DNA of 64,000 nt from a virus (IMGVR_UViG_3300047470_000295:17962-81961), one strand, 5' to 3'. Positions 26,051 through 34,669 are shown, counted from the first letter of the stretch. Numbers and translations: made by a program. The notes: a model not told the origin generated them from the letters alone.

Positions 26051-27642
26051 CGTACCGCCACGATGACGAACTCACGCTGATGGACTGGTTCTGCGGGGCC
26101 GGCGGATCCTCCCAGGGCGTCCACGCTGTGCCTGGCGTGCGGGTCGAGCGGGCCGCGAACCACTGGAAGCTCGCCATCGAGTCCCACGCCGCGAACTTCC
26201 CCACCACCAGCCACTACCAGGGCGACATCCGCAAAGCGCCCGTCTGGGACTGGCCCGTCACCGACATCTTCTGGGCCTCGCCGGAGTGCACGAACTGGTC
26301 CGTGGCCAAGGGCAAGAAGCGGGACTTCACCAACGCGATGCAGGGCAGTCTCCTCGACCTGCTTGCCGCGCAGGATGAGGACGATGAGCCGTCTGCGGAG
26401 GAAGAGTCCCGGGCGTTGATGGAGGAAGTGCCGCTGTACCTGCGCGGCGTCCAGGAGCGCGGCGGCCTCGTCAAGGCGGGGATCGTCGAGAACGTCACCG
26501 ACGTCCGCGCCTGGGATCAGTGGGACCGCTGGATCGGCGAGATCCACAAGCTCGGCTACCGGACGCGGATCATCGCCCTGAACTCGATGCACGCGAACCC
26601 GCGCACCGTTCACGCGGCGCCGCAGTCCCGCGACCGGCTGTACGTCGGCTACTGGCACGAGAGCCTGGGCCGGACCCCGGACTGGGACAAGTGGCTGCGC
26701 CCGCGCGCCTGGTGCTCCGGCTGCGACGCCTACGTGCAGGCCATGCAAGTCTTCAAGACTCCGGGCCGCGACATGGGCCGCTACCGCAGCCAGTACGTCT
26801 ACCGGTGCCCGAACACCCGCTGCCGCTACCAGATCGTCGAGCCGGAAGCGCTGCCCGCCGCCGCGGCGATCGACTGGGCCATCCCCGGGCAGCGCATCGG
26901 CGACCGGGCCAAGCCCCTCGCCGACAAGACCCTCGCCCGCATCGAAGCCGGACTGAAGAAGTTCGCCCGCCCGGTACCGATGATGGTCCCCGCGGGTGGA
27001 ACGTGGCGGGAGGCGGCCGTCTCGGTCGGCGAGCCGATGCCGGCGCGGACCACCCGCGAGAACGACGCGCTGATGGTGCCGCCGCTGATGGTCCCGGTCG
27101 AGGGCCGCGACGGAAAGAGCGCCGCGTCCGCGCACAACCCGCTGCGCGCCATGACGACCCGCAACGAGACCGGACTCGCCTGGCTGCCGTTCATCGCCGA
27201 ACTCCGCGGCGGCGGATCCATCGCCCGTTCCGTGTCCGAGTCCCTCGCCACCGTCACCGCGTCGGGCAACCACCACGGTCTCGTCGCCCCGGCCGGCACG
27301 TCCGAGCACATGCTGATCCCGTACTACGGCAACGGCGCCCCGCGATCCGTGAGCGACCCGATCGGCGCGCTCACCACCCGCGACCGGTACGCCCTCATCC
27401 GCGGCGAAGTCGACATCGACGACGTCCTGTTCCGGATGCTCGAACCCCACGAGATCGGCCGGGCGATGAGCTTCGCCGACGAGTACGTGGTCCTCGGCAA
27501 CAAGCGGGAGAAGGTCCGCCAGTACGGCAACGCCGTCACCCCGAACGCCGCCGAAATCCTCGTCTGCGCCCTCGTCGAAGCCGTCACCGGCGTCGAACTC
27601 TCCCGCCACGAGGACACGCCCACTGCCGCACTAGCCGCCTGA
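26047..27642 (+). CDS. DNA (cytosine-5)-methyltransferase, orphan
   Basis: FCGAGG (motif I), SPECTNWS (motif IV variant), ENV, QYGNAVTP, and a long variable region. Confidence 0.9.
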   Translation: MTYRHDDELTLMDWFCGAGGSSQGVHAVPGVRVERAANHWKLAIESHAANFPTTSHYQGDIRKAPVWDWPVTDIFWASPECTNWSVAKGKKRDFTNAMQGSLLDLLAAQDEDDEPSAEEESRALMEEVPLYLRGVQERGGLVKAGIVENVTDVRAWDQWDRWIGEIHKLGYRTRIIALNSMHANPRTVHAAPQSRDRLYVGYWHESLGRTPDWDKWLRPRAWCSGCDAYVQAMQVFKTPGRDMGRYRSQYVYRCPNTRCRYQIVEPEALPAAAAIDWAIPGQRIGDRAKPLADKTLARIEAGLKKFARPVPMMVPAGGTWREAAVSVGEPMPARTTRENDALMVPPLMVPVEGRDGKSAASAHNPLRAMTTRNETGLAWLPFIAELRGGGSIARSVSESLATVTASGNHHGLVAPAGTSEHMLIPYYGNGAPRSVSDPIGALTTRDRYALIRGEVDIDDVLFRMLEPHEIGRAMSFADEYVVLGNKREKVRQYGNAVTPNAAEILVCALVEAVTGVELSRHEDTPTAALAA

Positions 27643-27725
27643 CCTGCCCGAATACCCGCAGGAGGGACCGGTTGATGCCGGAACCCGGCGCGGGAAACCC
27701 GAGAAACCCACCGGAAGGACACGAA

Positions 27726-28004
27726 ATGACCGACTACCGCGTGGAGTTCGGCCCGGACTGGCCCGTCCCGCCGATCACCGTCGACTTCACCGACCGGGGT
27801 GCCGCGATCAATGCGGTGACCGAGCACGCACTCCCGCACCTGCGGACAGCGCTCGCCGAGAAGGGTCGCCCCGAACTCGCCGACTGCTTCTTCCGCACCG
27901 ACCGCGAGCTCACCGAGGGCTCGTTCATGTGGATCAACCTCGCCGAAGGAGTCAGCGCCCTGTTCTGCCCGGCTCGCCTGACCGCCGAGGGGGCGCAGCG
28001 ATGA
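27726..28004 (+). CDS. hypothetical protein (92 aa)
   Basis: ATG follows GGAAGGA. Confidence 0.45.
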   Translation: MTDYRVEFGPDWPVPPITVDFTDRGAAINAVTEHALPHLRTALAEKGRPELADCFFRTDRELTEGSFMWINLAEGVSALFCPARLTAEGAQR

Positions 28005-28288
28005 CCGCACAGACCGAGACCGCGCGCCTGACCGACGAGCTCCGAGCCGCCGCCGAAGGACTGCGCGACCTCGCCCGAGACGAGATCGCCCGCTCCGACG
28101 ACCCGCTGACCGTGTTCCGCAACCTGTATGCCGCCGTTGACGCGCTTCGTGACGCGTGGCCTGCCCTATCCGAGGCTGCCGGGTTCGAGGACTTCTTCGA
28201 TCGGGCCGACATCCCGTTCGTCGACACCATCCCGCAGGCACTCAAGGCGGCAGCTGACGGGCTGTGGGCCGCGCAAGACGCGATCTGA
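28001..28288 (+). CDS. hypothetical protein (95 aa)
   Basis: ATGA coupling. Confidence 0.45.
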   Translation: MTAQTETARLTDELRAAAEGLRDLARDEIARSDDPLTVFRNLYAAVDALRDAWPALSEAAGFEDFFDRADIPFVDTIPQALKAAADGLWAAQDAI

Positions 28289-28380
28289 CCGCCCACCCCG
28301 TGATCTCCCGCAGCCCGGCCGCCCCTGCACCAATCAGGGGCGGCCGGCCCTCCGATTCTCTCGCACCCCTGGAGCAACCA

Positions 28381-29373
28381 ATGACCGACGATCTGCCCGC
28401 CCGCCTCGAAGCCGCCCTCACGGAACGCTTCACCGAACTCGGCAACCCATTCTCCGCGATGCGCCGCCACGAGCAGGGCCCTGACGGCTGGCCCGCCTCG
28501 CACCCGGTGGGCCCGCACCAGGTAGCCGAGGTGCTGCGCGAGCTGATCGGTCGGACGGCGGTGGACGGGCCGCGTCTGCCGAACCACACGGTCAACGAGG
28601 AAGAGACGCCGGACGCCTGTCACCCCGACGAGTCCATCGCTGGGTTGCGGCGGCCCGCCCCCCGCGACCGCCACCGCTCCGCCTGGAAGGCACTCACTCC
28701 CCAGCAGCAGGCCGCCTACCTTGCCCAGCTCGACAACGACAAGGCGCAGCAGAAGCCATGCGCCGAGTGTGATCACCCCAAGGCCGTACACAGCGAGGGT
28801 GAGGATCCCGTCAGCCCTGGCCGATGCACGACCTGCCCAGACAGCGGCGAGGAATGGCACGACTACCAGGCCGCCGAGGCGTCCGCGCCCGCCGACCGCT
28901 GCCCGCACGGCTGCAACGTCAGCGTCTGCCCCTGCCTCGAATGCGAGGCCGAGCAGTCTGCCGCCAACTGGGCCGCGATCCTCCAGCAGGAGGCCGACCG
29001 GATCCGCGCCCACTGCCCGGACCACCTCGACAGCGACAGCCAGCCCGGCTCGTGGATGGTCTGCCACTGCGACGTCGCCGACGACATGCTGCGCCGCCTG
29101 GCCGACGCCGCGTCCGGTCCAGGCCGGGCGGACGGCGAGACACAGCAGGACGAGACGCCGCGGCCGTGCGTGTGCAGCCACCCGGCCGACGAGCACAGCG
29201 TCTACGGCTGCACCGAGGGCTGCGGCTGCGAGTGGATGCCCAAGCGGCGTCCGGCGATGGACCCGGTCCACATCCTCGGCATCGGATCCGACGAAGACTG
29301 CTCGGCGCTGCGTGCCGCTCTCCTCGGTCGCCAGCAGCCCGCCGCCGTGTCCCAGCCCGGCAAGGAGGCCTGA
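28381..29373 (+). CDS. Cys/His-rich hypothetical protein (330 aa)
   Basis: ATG at 28381. Many CxxC/CxC/HxxC clusters (CAECDHP, CTTCPDS, CPHGCNVSVCPCLEC, CTEGCGCEW). Confidence 0.5.
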   Translation: MTDDLPARLEAALTERFTELGNPFSAMRRHEQGPDGWPASHPVGPHQVAEVLRELIGRTAVDGPRLPNHTVNEEETPDACHPDESIAGLRRPAPRDRHRSAWKALTPQQQAAYLAQLDNDKAQQKPCAECDHPKAVHSEGEDPVSPGRCTTCPDSGEEWHDYQAAEASAPADRCPHGCNVSVCPCLECEAEQSAANWAAILQQEADRIRAHCPDHLDSDSQPGSWMVCHCDVADDMLRRLADAASGPGRADGETQQDETPRPCVCSHPADEHSVYGCTEGCGCEWMPKRRPAMDPVHILGIGSDEDCSALRAALLGRQQPAAVSQPGKEA

Positions 29374-29375
29374 CC

Positions 29376-29750
29376 GTGGGTGTCGACTTCTCGCACACGA
29401 CGGCCCAGTGGGCGTACATCGGCTTCGGTCACTTCCGTCGGGCCCTGGCACTGTTTGAGGGCATCGACCTCGACGCCATGGCTGGCTTCGGCGGCGACCG
29501 GGATTGGTCCACCGTCCACACAGAACTCGCCCCGCTGCTCGACCACTCGGACTGTGACGGCGAACTAACGCCAGCCCAGTGCCGCCAAGTCGCGCCCCGA
29601 TTGCGCCAGTTGGTCAACGAACTCTGGCCCGCCGACCGGGCCGTCTGGGCGATCGACCCTGGGGCCCACCTCAACCGGACAAACGGCCTCGCTCTCGCCG
29701 ACGGCATGGATGCCGCAGCCGAGACGGGTGAACCGCTCCAGTTCCGCTGA
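29376..29750 (+). CDS. hypothetical protein (124 aa)
   Basis: GTG follows AAGGAGG. Confidence 0.5.
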   Translation: MGVDFSHTTAQWAYIGFGHFRRALALFEGIDLDAMAGFGGDRDWSTVHTELAPLLDHSDCDGELTPAQCRQVAPRLRQLVNELWPADRAVWAIDPGAHLNRTNGLALADGMDAAAETGEPLQFR

Positions 29751-29758
29751 CCCGCCCC

Positions 29759-29783
29759 GCCGCCCCCGCGTCGTGGGGGCGGC
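29759..29783 (+). terminator. 9-bp stem hairpin
   Basis: GCCGCCCCC-gcgtcgt-GGGGGCGGC. Confidence 0.4.
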
Positions 29784-29816
29784 ACCCGCACCGCACCACC
29801 GCACCTGGAGGAACCC

Positions 29817-30035
29817 GTGACCGTCAACATGCAGGCCATCCTCATCGGCCTCTTCTCCGTCAAGCACACCCCCGAGCAGGCCGAGCACGCGGCGAACGAA
29901 GTCCTCAGTCAGCACGCCCATGAACTCGCCAAGCAGCAGCGGGCCTTCGCCGAGGCAGAGGAAGGCGAGCCGGGCTGCTGGCACGACGGGGCTCACGCGA
30001 TGGCCAACCTCATCGACCCGCAGGCGAAGCGATGA
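29817..30035 (+). CDS. hypothetical protein, paralog of 4862-5164
   Basis: GTG follows GGAGGA. Contains the HAHELAKQQR and ANLIDP motifs. Confidence 0.45.
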   Translation: MTVNMQAILIGLFSVKHTPEQAEHAANEVLSQHAHELAKQQRAFAEAEEGEPGCWHDGAHAMANLIDPQAKR

Positions 30036-30205
30036 CCGCCCCGCAGACGCCGGTGTACCTGGACCCGGAGATCGCCGAGATCCTCACCCGCTGCTACCGC
30101 GGTGAGCGCAAGCGGGCCGTCATCGCCCGCGCGGTCCGCATGCTCGCCACCGCCGACGGCCACCTCGCGCCGAACGGGCGGATCAAGCGCGGGAGGCCGG
30201 CGTGA
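30032..30205 (+). CDS. small ribbon-helix-helix-like protein (57 aa)
   Basis: ATGA and GTGA coupling. VYLDPEIAEILTRCYRGERKRAVIARAVRML. Confidence 0.4.
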   Translation: MTAPQTPVYLDPEIAEILTRCYRGERKRAVIARAVRMLATADGHLAPNGRIKRGRPA

Positions 30206-30618
30206 GCCTGCTGTCCGACGTCGAGTTGAAGGTTCTGCGCGGCACGGCCAATGGCGAGACCTACGCCGAAACGGCCAGCCGGATCTTCATCACCGAGAAG
30301 TCCGTGTCGAACGTGGCCACCCGCGTCATGCGGAAGCTCGACGCCAAGTCCATGCCGCACGCCGTGCACCTCGCCTACCAGGCCGGCCTGTTCCGCCGTG
30401 AACGCCACGGCGACCACGCCGGGTTCGCCGCGCACCGCTACCGGGACGAGGAGCCATGCGAGGCGTGCTGGGCGGGAGAGCGGGCGTACAGGGCCGAGCA
30501 GCGGCAGAAGAGGCGCCAGGAGCCCGCCAGCGGCCATCAGGGCGCCCCGGAGGCCGCGCGCAGCGGTCGGGACGTCCGAGGCGCTACGAGGGCGGCAGAG
30601 GGGCGTACAGCGGCGTGA
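30202..30618 (+). CDS. LuxR/GerE-type HTH protein
   Basis: LSDVELKVLRGTANGETYAETASRIFITEKSVSNVATRVMRKL. Confidence 0.65.
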   Translation: MSLLSDVELKVLRGTANGETYAETASRIFITEKSVSNVATRVMRKLDAKSMPHAVHLAYQAGLFRRERHGDHAGFAAHRYRDEEPCEACWAGERAYRAEQRQKRRQEPASGHQGAPEAARSGRDVRGATRAAEGRTAA

Positions 30619-30719
30619 CAGGCGGCCATGAGAGCGCCCAGCAGCAGGACGGACCACCCGACCCCCACCCCCAGGCCGAAAGGCCGTCAGAAGCCAACCC
30701 AGCCCCCAAGGAGGCAGCA

Positions 30720-30959
30720 ATGGCCACGTACACGCCCCGCACCATCACCACCACCCGCCGCGAATGGGCCGTCCCCGCCAACAAGCCCTACGGCGCAGCA
30801 GCCGCCGAGATCGGCAAAGCCTGGGCCGTCGCCGAACGCGCCTACCGCGAACAGCACGACCTCGACAAAGACGCCTTCCTCCCCGACAACGCGCTCGTCT
30901 TCACCCCCGGCGACGACGAGATCGTCATCAGCTTCACCATCGAGGCGGAGGCGGCATGA
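30720..30959 (+). CDS. hypothetical protein (79 aa)
   Basis: ATG follows AAGGAGG. Confidence 0.45.
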   Translation: MATYTPRTITTTRREWAVPANKPYGAAAAEIGKAWAVAERAYREQHDLDKDAFLPDNALVFTPGDDEIVISFTIEAEAA

Positions 30960-31561
30960 CCGACCAGCCCGAACCCGAAGACACCTGCCGAACCGTCGAG
31001 ATCGGCGGGGAGACGATCCGCGTCCGCGGCGCCGCCGAGCTCACCGACGAAGGCCGTGAAGCGCTCGCCGAGGTTGTCGGTGCAGCCCGCCGAAAGTTGG
31101 CCGCCGAACCGCCGCGCGTCCGCCAGCAGTTGCAAGCCGTCGCCTTTAACGCTGTCCTTCCCGCGCTGGAGAAGCACGGCGAATGGCTGCGGCTCACCGC
31201 CCGCCGCACCATCGCCAACGCCGTCCTGGAAGCCATCGAAGGCCAGCTGGACATCGGAGAGGCGGAGGCCTGGTGCAAGACCTGCCGCCGCGTCTGGGGC
31301 GGACCCCGGCACCGGTGCGAATCGGATGCCGAGCAGGCCCTCGCCCGGGTCGTCGCCGCACTCCCGCCGTACAGCCTGCCGACCCACGGCGACCGCAGCG
31401 AAGGCGTGCAGATGGGCTGGGACCTCGCCCGTCAGACCGTCCTCGACGCCATCGAACAGTCAGCAGCGCCCGAACAGGCCGACGGCGGGCCGACCGTCGC
31501 CGAATGCCGCGACGCAGACCGCGTCCACGGGAACGACGAACACGCCGAGGAGCAGTCGTGA
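30956..31561 (+). CDS. hypothetical protein (201 aa)
   Basis: ATGA coupling. Confidence 0.5.
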   Translation: MTDQPEPEDTCRTVEIGGETIRVRGAAELTDEGREALAEVVGAARRKLAAEPPRVRQQLQAVAFNAVLPALEKHGEWLRLTARRTIANAVLEAIEGQLDIGEAEAWCKTCRRVWGGPRHRCESDAEQALARVVAALPPYSLPTHGDRSEGVQMGWDLARQTVLDAIEQSAAPEQADGGPTVAECRDADRVHGNDEHAEEQS

Positions 31562-32001
31562 CCGCAGCCCGATTCGCCGTCGCCTACGCAGCCCTGACCG
31601 CCGCCCACGAAGTCGGCGATCACTGGGTGCAGACAGACCGGCTGGCCATGGCCAAGGGGAAGGCGGCCGGCGCCCTGGCCTGCGCCGAACACGTCGCCAC
31701 GTACACCGCCACGCAGGCCGTCGCCCTCGCCGTCGTCCAGCGCGCCACCGGGATGCGCCTGTCCTGGCGCCGCGCCGCCCTCGGCCTCGCCGTGTCCGCG
31801 GCCACGCACTACGTCGCCGACCGGCAAGGCGGCCACTGGCGCGACGAGCAGCCCCGCGGCGTGGTCCGCCTCGCCGCAGCCACCGGGCACGCCGGCTGGT
31901 TGCAGCGGGACCCGAACGCGGGCTACCTGATGGATCAGGCCTGGCACAAGGGATGGATCTTCGTGGCCGCGCTCGTGGCAGCTGGAGGGGAGCAGGCGTG
32001 A
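31558..32001 (+). CDS. DUF3307-like membrane protein
   Basis: GTGA coupling. AHEVGDHWVQTD start motif and hydrophobic helices. Confidence 0.55.
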   Translation: MTAARFAVAYAALTAAHEVGDHWVQTDRLAMAKGKAAGALACAEHVATYTATQAVALAVVQRATGMRLSWRRAALGLAVSAATHYVADRQGGHWRDEQPRGVVRLAAATGHAGWLQRDPNAGYLMDQAWHKGWIFVAALVAAGGEQA

Positions 32002-32150
32002 CCAGCGCCGACGACATCCTCGACCGGATAGGACCGTCATCGAATCCGGGGGATCATGAGACGTTCACTCCGGAGATCGACCGCAGCCTCGCGGCCCGCC
32101 TGGACGACGAAGAGGTAGTCATGTCGGGCCCCGTCCTAGACGGGTGGTGA
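31998..32150 (+). CDS. small acidic protein (50 aa), last gene of the rightward early operon
   Basis: GTGA coupling. Confidence 0.35.
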   Translation: MTSADDILDRIGPSSNPGDHETFTPEIDRSLAARLDDEEVVMSGPVLDGW

Positions 32151-32207
32151 CCGGCCCGCCTGGCAGTCGAAGTACGGGCCAGCCCGACGGAGACGGTGAA
32201 CGCCCGC

Positions 32208-32369
32208 CTACTCCTCTGGGGGCGTCGGCTTCTCGTTGAGCGGCAGGCCGAGAGCCGTGTTGATCGCCTGCCGCCGCTTCGAGACCTCGCCAGGCTTGCG
32301 CGGCGGCACGGTCCGCTCCGCTCGAATCGCTGCGAACGAGGGCGGTTCCAATTCATCCTCAGGGGCCAT
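32208..32369 (-). CDS. possible small ORF (53 aa)
   Basis: ATG ORF below the ORF-track cutoff, downstream of the island terminator. Weak call. Confidence 0.2.
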   Translation of the reverse strand: MAPEDELEPPSFAAIRAERTVPPRKPGEVSKRRQAINTALGLPLNEKPTPPEE

Positions 32370-32410
32370 GCCGGAACAACGGCTCCCACCAGCTGGCAGT
32401 CACGCAGATG

Positions 32411-32435
32411 CCCCGTCCGGGTGGCCCGGACGGGG
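32411..32435 (-). terminator. 11-bp stem hairpin after the 223-aa gene
   Basis: CCCCGTCCGGG-tgg-CCCGGACGGGG, 13 nt beyond the stop codon. Confidence 0.6.
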
Positions 32436-32448
32436 CGTTGCTTCGGAC

Positions 32449-33120
32449 CTAGGCCTTCTCGGTGGTGCGGTGCTGCGAGATGAAATAGTCGACCGTCGCC
32501 GGGTCTCTCCGCATTGCGGCCAGCAGCTGCTTCTTTCGGAACTGCTCCCGGCCAGTCTCCAGGATCTTTTCGTAGCCGTCGCGGGCTTGAACGATCCGCT
32601 CGACGGCCAGGAATTCGATGACGTCTTCCAGGCATGGGCGGAACCGTTTGCCGCCGACCGGGAAGTGAAGCGCCGCGAGGGAGCGGCCCGTGTCCGTCTT
32701 CGGGTCGTTCAGTGACTCGAAGAACCCTGACGACGCCTCGACTTGCAGGTGGGCGTCCGGGTAGCCGTCAGCCTTGTCCCGCTCGTAGTCGTAGTGGAAC
32801 AGGCCGTGCTTGGCGTCCTTCGACCCGAACACGCCGACGAACGACTTGTGGACCATGAGATGTTCGCGCTCGATGTCGAGGCGTAGCTGGAAGCTGACGT
32901 CCATCCATAGCTCAACCTTCGGCGCCCGCGGCTTCAACTGAAAGCGTTCCGCTGTCAGTAACCGTTTATCGAGCAGGTGTCCAAGCATGAAAAGGCGGTC
33001 GTCACCCACCTGGAGTGCGACCGCCTTTATTTGCACGTGACTGGCGATGGTGCCGTTCAGGAGAGCCTGGATCTCCTTGGTGAATCTGATCGTCTGATTG
33101 AGGAGCTTGTCAGAGATCAA
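32449..33120 (-). CDS. unknown protein (223 aa from TTG 33120, or 179 aa from ATG 32988)
   Basis: Long clean ORF, visibly AT-richer than its surroundings. No family recognised. Contains FHYDYERDKADGYPDAHLQVE. Confidence 0.6.
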   Translation of the reverse strand: MISDKLLNQTIRFTKEIQALLNGTIASHVQIKAVALQVGDDRLFMLGHLLDKRLLTAERFQLKPRAPKVELWMDVSFQLRLDIEREHLMVHKSFVGVFGSKDAKHGLFHYDYERDKADGYPDAHLQVEASSGFFESLNDPKTDTGRSLAALHFPVGGKRFRPCLEDVIEFLAVERIVQARDGYEKILETGREQFRKKQLLAAMRRDPATVDYFISQHRTTEKA

Positions 33121-33319
33121 GTGCGCCGCCGATGGACACCCACAGTGATTGCGCCTGGGCCGAGGTGAACTCCCGCCGGCGGGCCATGTCGCGTAGCTGC
33201 GCGTAGGTCAGGCCGAGCCGGTCGAGGGCCGCGTAAGCAGCCTCCCGGAACTCTTCCTGCGTGACTTCGGTGATGACGTCGTCGTCGTGGTCAGCGTGTC
33301 GCTGTTCCTGAATGGTCAT
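33110..33319 (-). CDS. small acidic protein (69 aa) overlapping the start of the next gene
   Basis: ATG at 33319. Its 3' end overlaps the downstream ORF by 11 nt. Confidence 0.5.
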   Translation of the reverse strand: MTIQEQRHADHDDDVITEVTQEEFREAAYAALDRLGLTYAQLRDMARRREFTSAQAQSLWVSIGGALDL

Positions 33320-33383
33320 CCGAATCGCCCCTACCCCCCAGTAGCTTCTCGATGACAGTAGTGTCCCCCAAGGGTCTGACACT

Positions 33384-33397
33384 GTGACCCGGGTCAC
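33384..33397. promoter_or_regulatory. 14-bp perfect palindrome
   Basis: GTGACCCGGGTCAC, about 65 nt upstream of the 69-aa ORF. Confidence 0.35.
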
Positions 33398-33556
33398 CAC
33401 CCGGTGTCCAGCCAAACGACACCACTGTCGAATTCTTCCCACTTGCGCGTGATCTGTACGCCCGCAGTTGCCGTCATGTACGGATCCTGACTAGCCAGCG
33501 TTCGAGCATGACGACGCCCCCGCCCCGGTGAACCAGGACGAGGGCGCAGCGCACCG

Positions 33557-33880
33557 TCAGAACTGACCCGTGCAGGCGAGGCAGACCCGCGACGACTCCC
33601 ACGCTGCTCGCTGCTGCTCCGCGTAGGCCGTCGCCTTGTAGACGAGTGCACCCCAGCCCAGACCGCCGGCCGCGATCAGCAGGCCGAGGAGGACGGCGCC
33701 GTTCGCGGCGGCCACGATGCCGACCACCAGCGCACCCAGCGCCCCGAGCGCGCCACCCTTCGCCGCGGCGGGCGGCGCGTACTTCGCCTTCAAATCCGAG
33801 TCCGACGGCAACGACCGCCAATAGTGCGGAAGATCAGCCACGTTCGGCGACCCGCACTTCGGCGACGGACACACGATCAT
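33557..33880 (-). CDS. split zinc-ribbon, glycine-zipper two-TM mini-protein (107 aa)
   Basis: CPSPKC at the N-terminus, CLAC at the C-terminus. Central GGALGALGALVVGIVAAANGAVLLGLLIAAGGLGWGALV. Confidence 0.55.
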   Translation of the reverse strand: MIVCPSPKCGSPNVADLPHYWRSLPSDSDLKAKYAPPAAAKGGALGALGALVVGIVAAANGAVLLGLLIAAGGLGWGALVYKATAYAEQQRAAWESSRVCLACTGQF

Positions 33881-34082
33881 GCTCAACCCCCAGTCGACAC
33901 AGCCCTGTTCGCCGACAGTCCGGCCGCAGCTTGGGCGCCACAAGGCCTACCGACCGGTGTGTGAGCGGGGCCACAACCCAAACGCCGCGAGCGCCCCACC
34001 TGCATCAGGCGAGACGCTCGCGTAGCGAAACGACTACAGAACAGCCAGGTCAGACGACTGGCCTTAAGGCGCGCCCCTTCGC

Positions 34083-34577
34083 CTAGTCGTTCTGGTGTCG
34101 CAGCGCCCGGCTGATCGTTGACTGCTCGACGTCGAGCAGCCGCGCCACGGCGGACTGGCTGCCGACGATGTCGACCATCTTCTGCAGCTCGCGCGCCCGC
34201 GTTCCGGCGTAAGCGAGGACTTCGGCCTGCGCCTTGTCCATCGCCGCCGTGCAGCGCTGGACGTCGACCATCGCGTTGTAGAACCGTCGGTGCTGGTCGG
34301 CCGGCACCTTCGCCCACACGGCCTCTTCGATCCGGATCCGCTCCATGCGCTTGCGCACCAGGCGCGTCATTTCCGGGTTGTCGTCGATGCGGGCGAGGGG
34401 GCCATCCACCTCGCCCGAGGCGATGAGTGCGGGGTCCCACTCGAAGCTGTCGGGCTTCTCCAGGATCTCGAAGTCTTCGAGCAGCAAGGCGCCGCCACTG
34501 CCCGGCGTGCTGGGCTCGACGACGATGTAGGTGGTGCCGCTCTCGCTGCGGTATCGCTCGCCGATCTCGCTGAACAT
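34083..34577 (-). CDS. protein with C-terminal HTH (164 aa)
   Basis: ATG at 34577 follows ACGGGGG. C-terminal GSQSAVARLLDVEQSTISRALR. N-terminal domain is unknown. Confidence 0.55.
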   Translation of the reverse strand: MFSEIGERYRSESGTTYIVVEPSTPGSGGALLLEDFEILEKPDSFEWDPALIASGEVDGPLARIDDNPEMTRLVRKRMERIRIEEAVWAKVPADQHRRFYNAMVDVQRCTAAMDKAQAEVLAYAGTRARELQKMVDIVGSQSAVARLLDVEQSTISRALRHQND

Positions 34578-34615
34578 GACGCCCCCGTTGGTCCGTGGTG
34601 CTCCGACGCCAGTAA

Positions 34616-34658
34616 CTATGCACCCCTGCATAGACCTTGTCAATGCAGGGGTGCATAG
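34616..34658. promoter_or_regulatory. perfect 16-bp inverted repeat (terminator and/or operator)
   Basis: CTATGCACCCCTGCAT-11 nt-ATGCAGGGGTGCATAG. Confidence 0.5.
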
Positions 34659-34669
34659 AGTCGAAAGAG

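Noticed and set aside
24498-27609. 569-aa and 538-aa minus-strand ORFs opposite DnaB and the C5-methyltransferase
   Set aside because: The plus-strand frames carry unambiguous DnaB and C5-MTase motifs. The antisense ORFs are high-GC shadows with Gly/Arg/Val/Asp-rich junk sequence.
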